A DNA stretch of 64,000 nucleotides, from positions 256,001 through 320,000 of the forward strand of contig CAVPSB010000019.1 in the NCBI GenBank assembly GCA_963708025.1, in the 5' to 3' direction. Origin of the DNA: an uncultured Candidatus Rokubacteria bacterium. Its GTDB lineage: Bacteria > Methylomirabilota > Methylomirabilia > Rokubacteriales > DASRDR01. A program made the translations under genes and the position numbers. Of this stretch, positions 63,470 to 64,000 are shown piece after piece. Position 1 is the first letter of the stretch; each line of letters opens with the position of its first letter. A model generated the notes under the pieces. The model ran no database searches, had not been told where the DNA came from, and was given only the letters and a program-made list of their open reading frames with translations.

Positions 63470-64000
63470 ATGCAGCGGCTGGAACAGGTCGACCCGGAGG
63501 TGGCGAAGGCGATTCGGCAGGAGACCGAGCGCCAGTCGCGGAACCTCGAGCTGATCGCCTCCGAGAACTTCGTCTCCGAGGCCGTCCTGGAGGCGGTGGG
63601 CTCGGTCATGACCAACAAGTACGCCGAGGGGTACCCGGGGCGGCGCTACTACGGCGGGTGCGAGCACGTCGACACGGTCGAGGAGCTGGCGGTCCAGCGG
63701 GCCAAGGAGCTGTTCGGCGCCGAGCACGCCAACGTCCAGCCCCACTCGGGCTCCCAGGCGAACATGGCGGTGTACTTCACGGTGCTCAAGCCGGGGGACA
63801 CGATCCTGGGCCCGAACCTGGCCCACGGCGGCCACCTCACGATGGGGAGCCCGGTGAACTTCTCCGGGCCGGCTCTACAAGATCGTGCCCTACGGCGTCC
63901 GGCGCGAGGACGAGCGGATCGACCTCGACCAGCTCCGGGCGCTGGCGCGGGAGCACCGGCCCAAGCTCATCGTCGCCGGTGGCTCCGCCTTCCCGCGGGC
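63470..64000 (+). CDS. glyA: Serine hydroxymethyltransferase, partial (runs off the right edge); frameshift near 63868
   Basis: [42 protein letters not shown]. Confidence 0.96.
   Translation, partial: MQRLEQVDPEVAKAIRQETERQSRNLELIASENFVSEAVLEAVGSVMTNKYAEGYPGRRYYGGCEHVDTVEELAVQRAKELFGAEHANVQPHSGSQANMAVYFTVLKPGDTILGPNLAHGGHLTMGSPVNFSGPALQDRALRRPARGRADRPRPAPGAGAGAPAQAHRRRWLRLPAG

Overview
Very GC-rich bacterial chromosomal segment. Gene style, the '...LLRADEVIE' ABC substrate-binding protein family and the palindromic repeats suggest Ca. Rokubacteria/Methylomirabilota (inference only). Many genes, including housekeeping glyA, carry single-base frameshifts, so this is probably an unpolished long-read assembly. 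Layout: (1) 1-10.8 kb: fused ABC exporter, FAD oxidoreductase, SBP56/methanethiol-oxidase-like gene with a His-rich membrane partner, beta-propeller, DUF6125-like protein, 2-hydroxyacid dehydrogenase and class V aminotransferase. (2) 10.9-25.6 kb: a K+ homeostasis block (CPA2/TrkA antiporter, KimA-like permease, kdpDE with a KdpE box but no kdpFABC in the window), bracketed by two hybrid histidine kinases with nearly identical cytoplasmic halves. (3) 25.6-27.9 kb: small genes, including an internally deleted rhodanese and TusA. (4) 28.2-50.7 kb: a lower-GC Wzx/Wzy polysaccharide island with unusual accessory genes (FecR-like, TPR/CBM-like, membrane J-domain protein, nucleotidyltransferase/NMP-kinase fusion, APH-like kinase). 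(5) 50.8-57.8 kb: variable region with small lipoproteins, YdcF, HD-GYP, a decayed TIR-domain gene and higBA. (6) 57.8-64 kb: DMT transporter, two amidohydrolases, ferritin-like protein, NUDIX, rpiB and glyA. At least four families of intergenic palindromic repeats are present. No rRNA, tRNA, CRISPR array, integrase or transposase was seen. Best candidates for new biology: the kinase/transferase pair and the J-domain front module of the glycan island, the kdpFABC-less KdpDE/KimA locus, and the covarying modular repeats.
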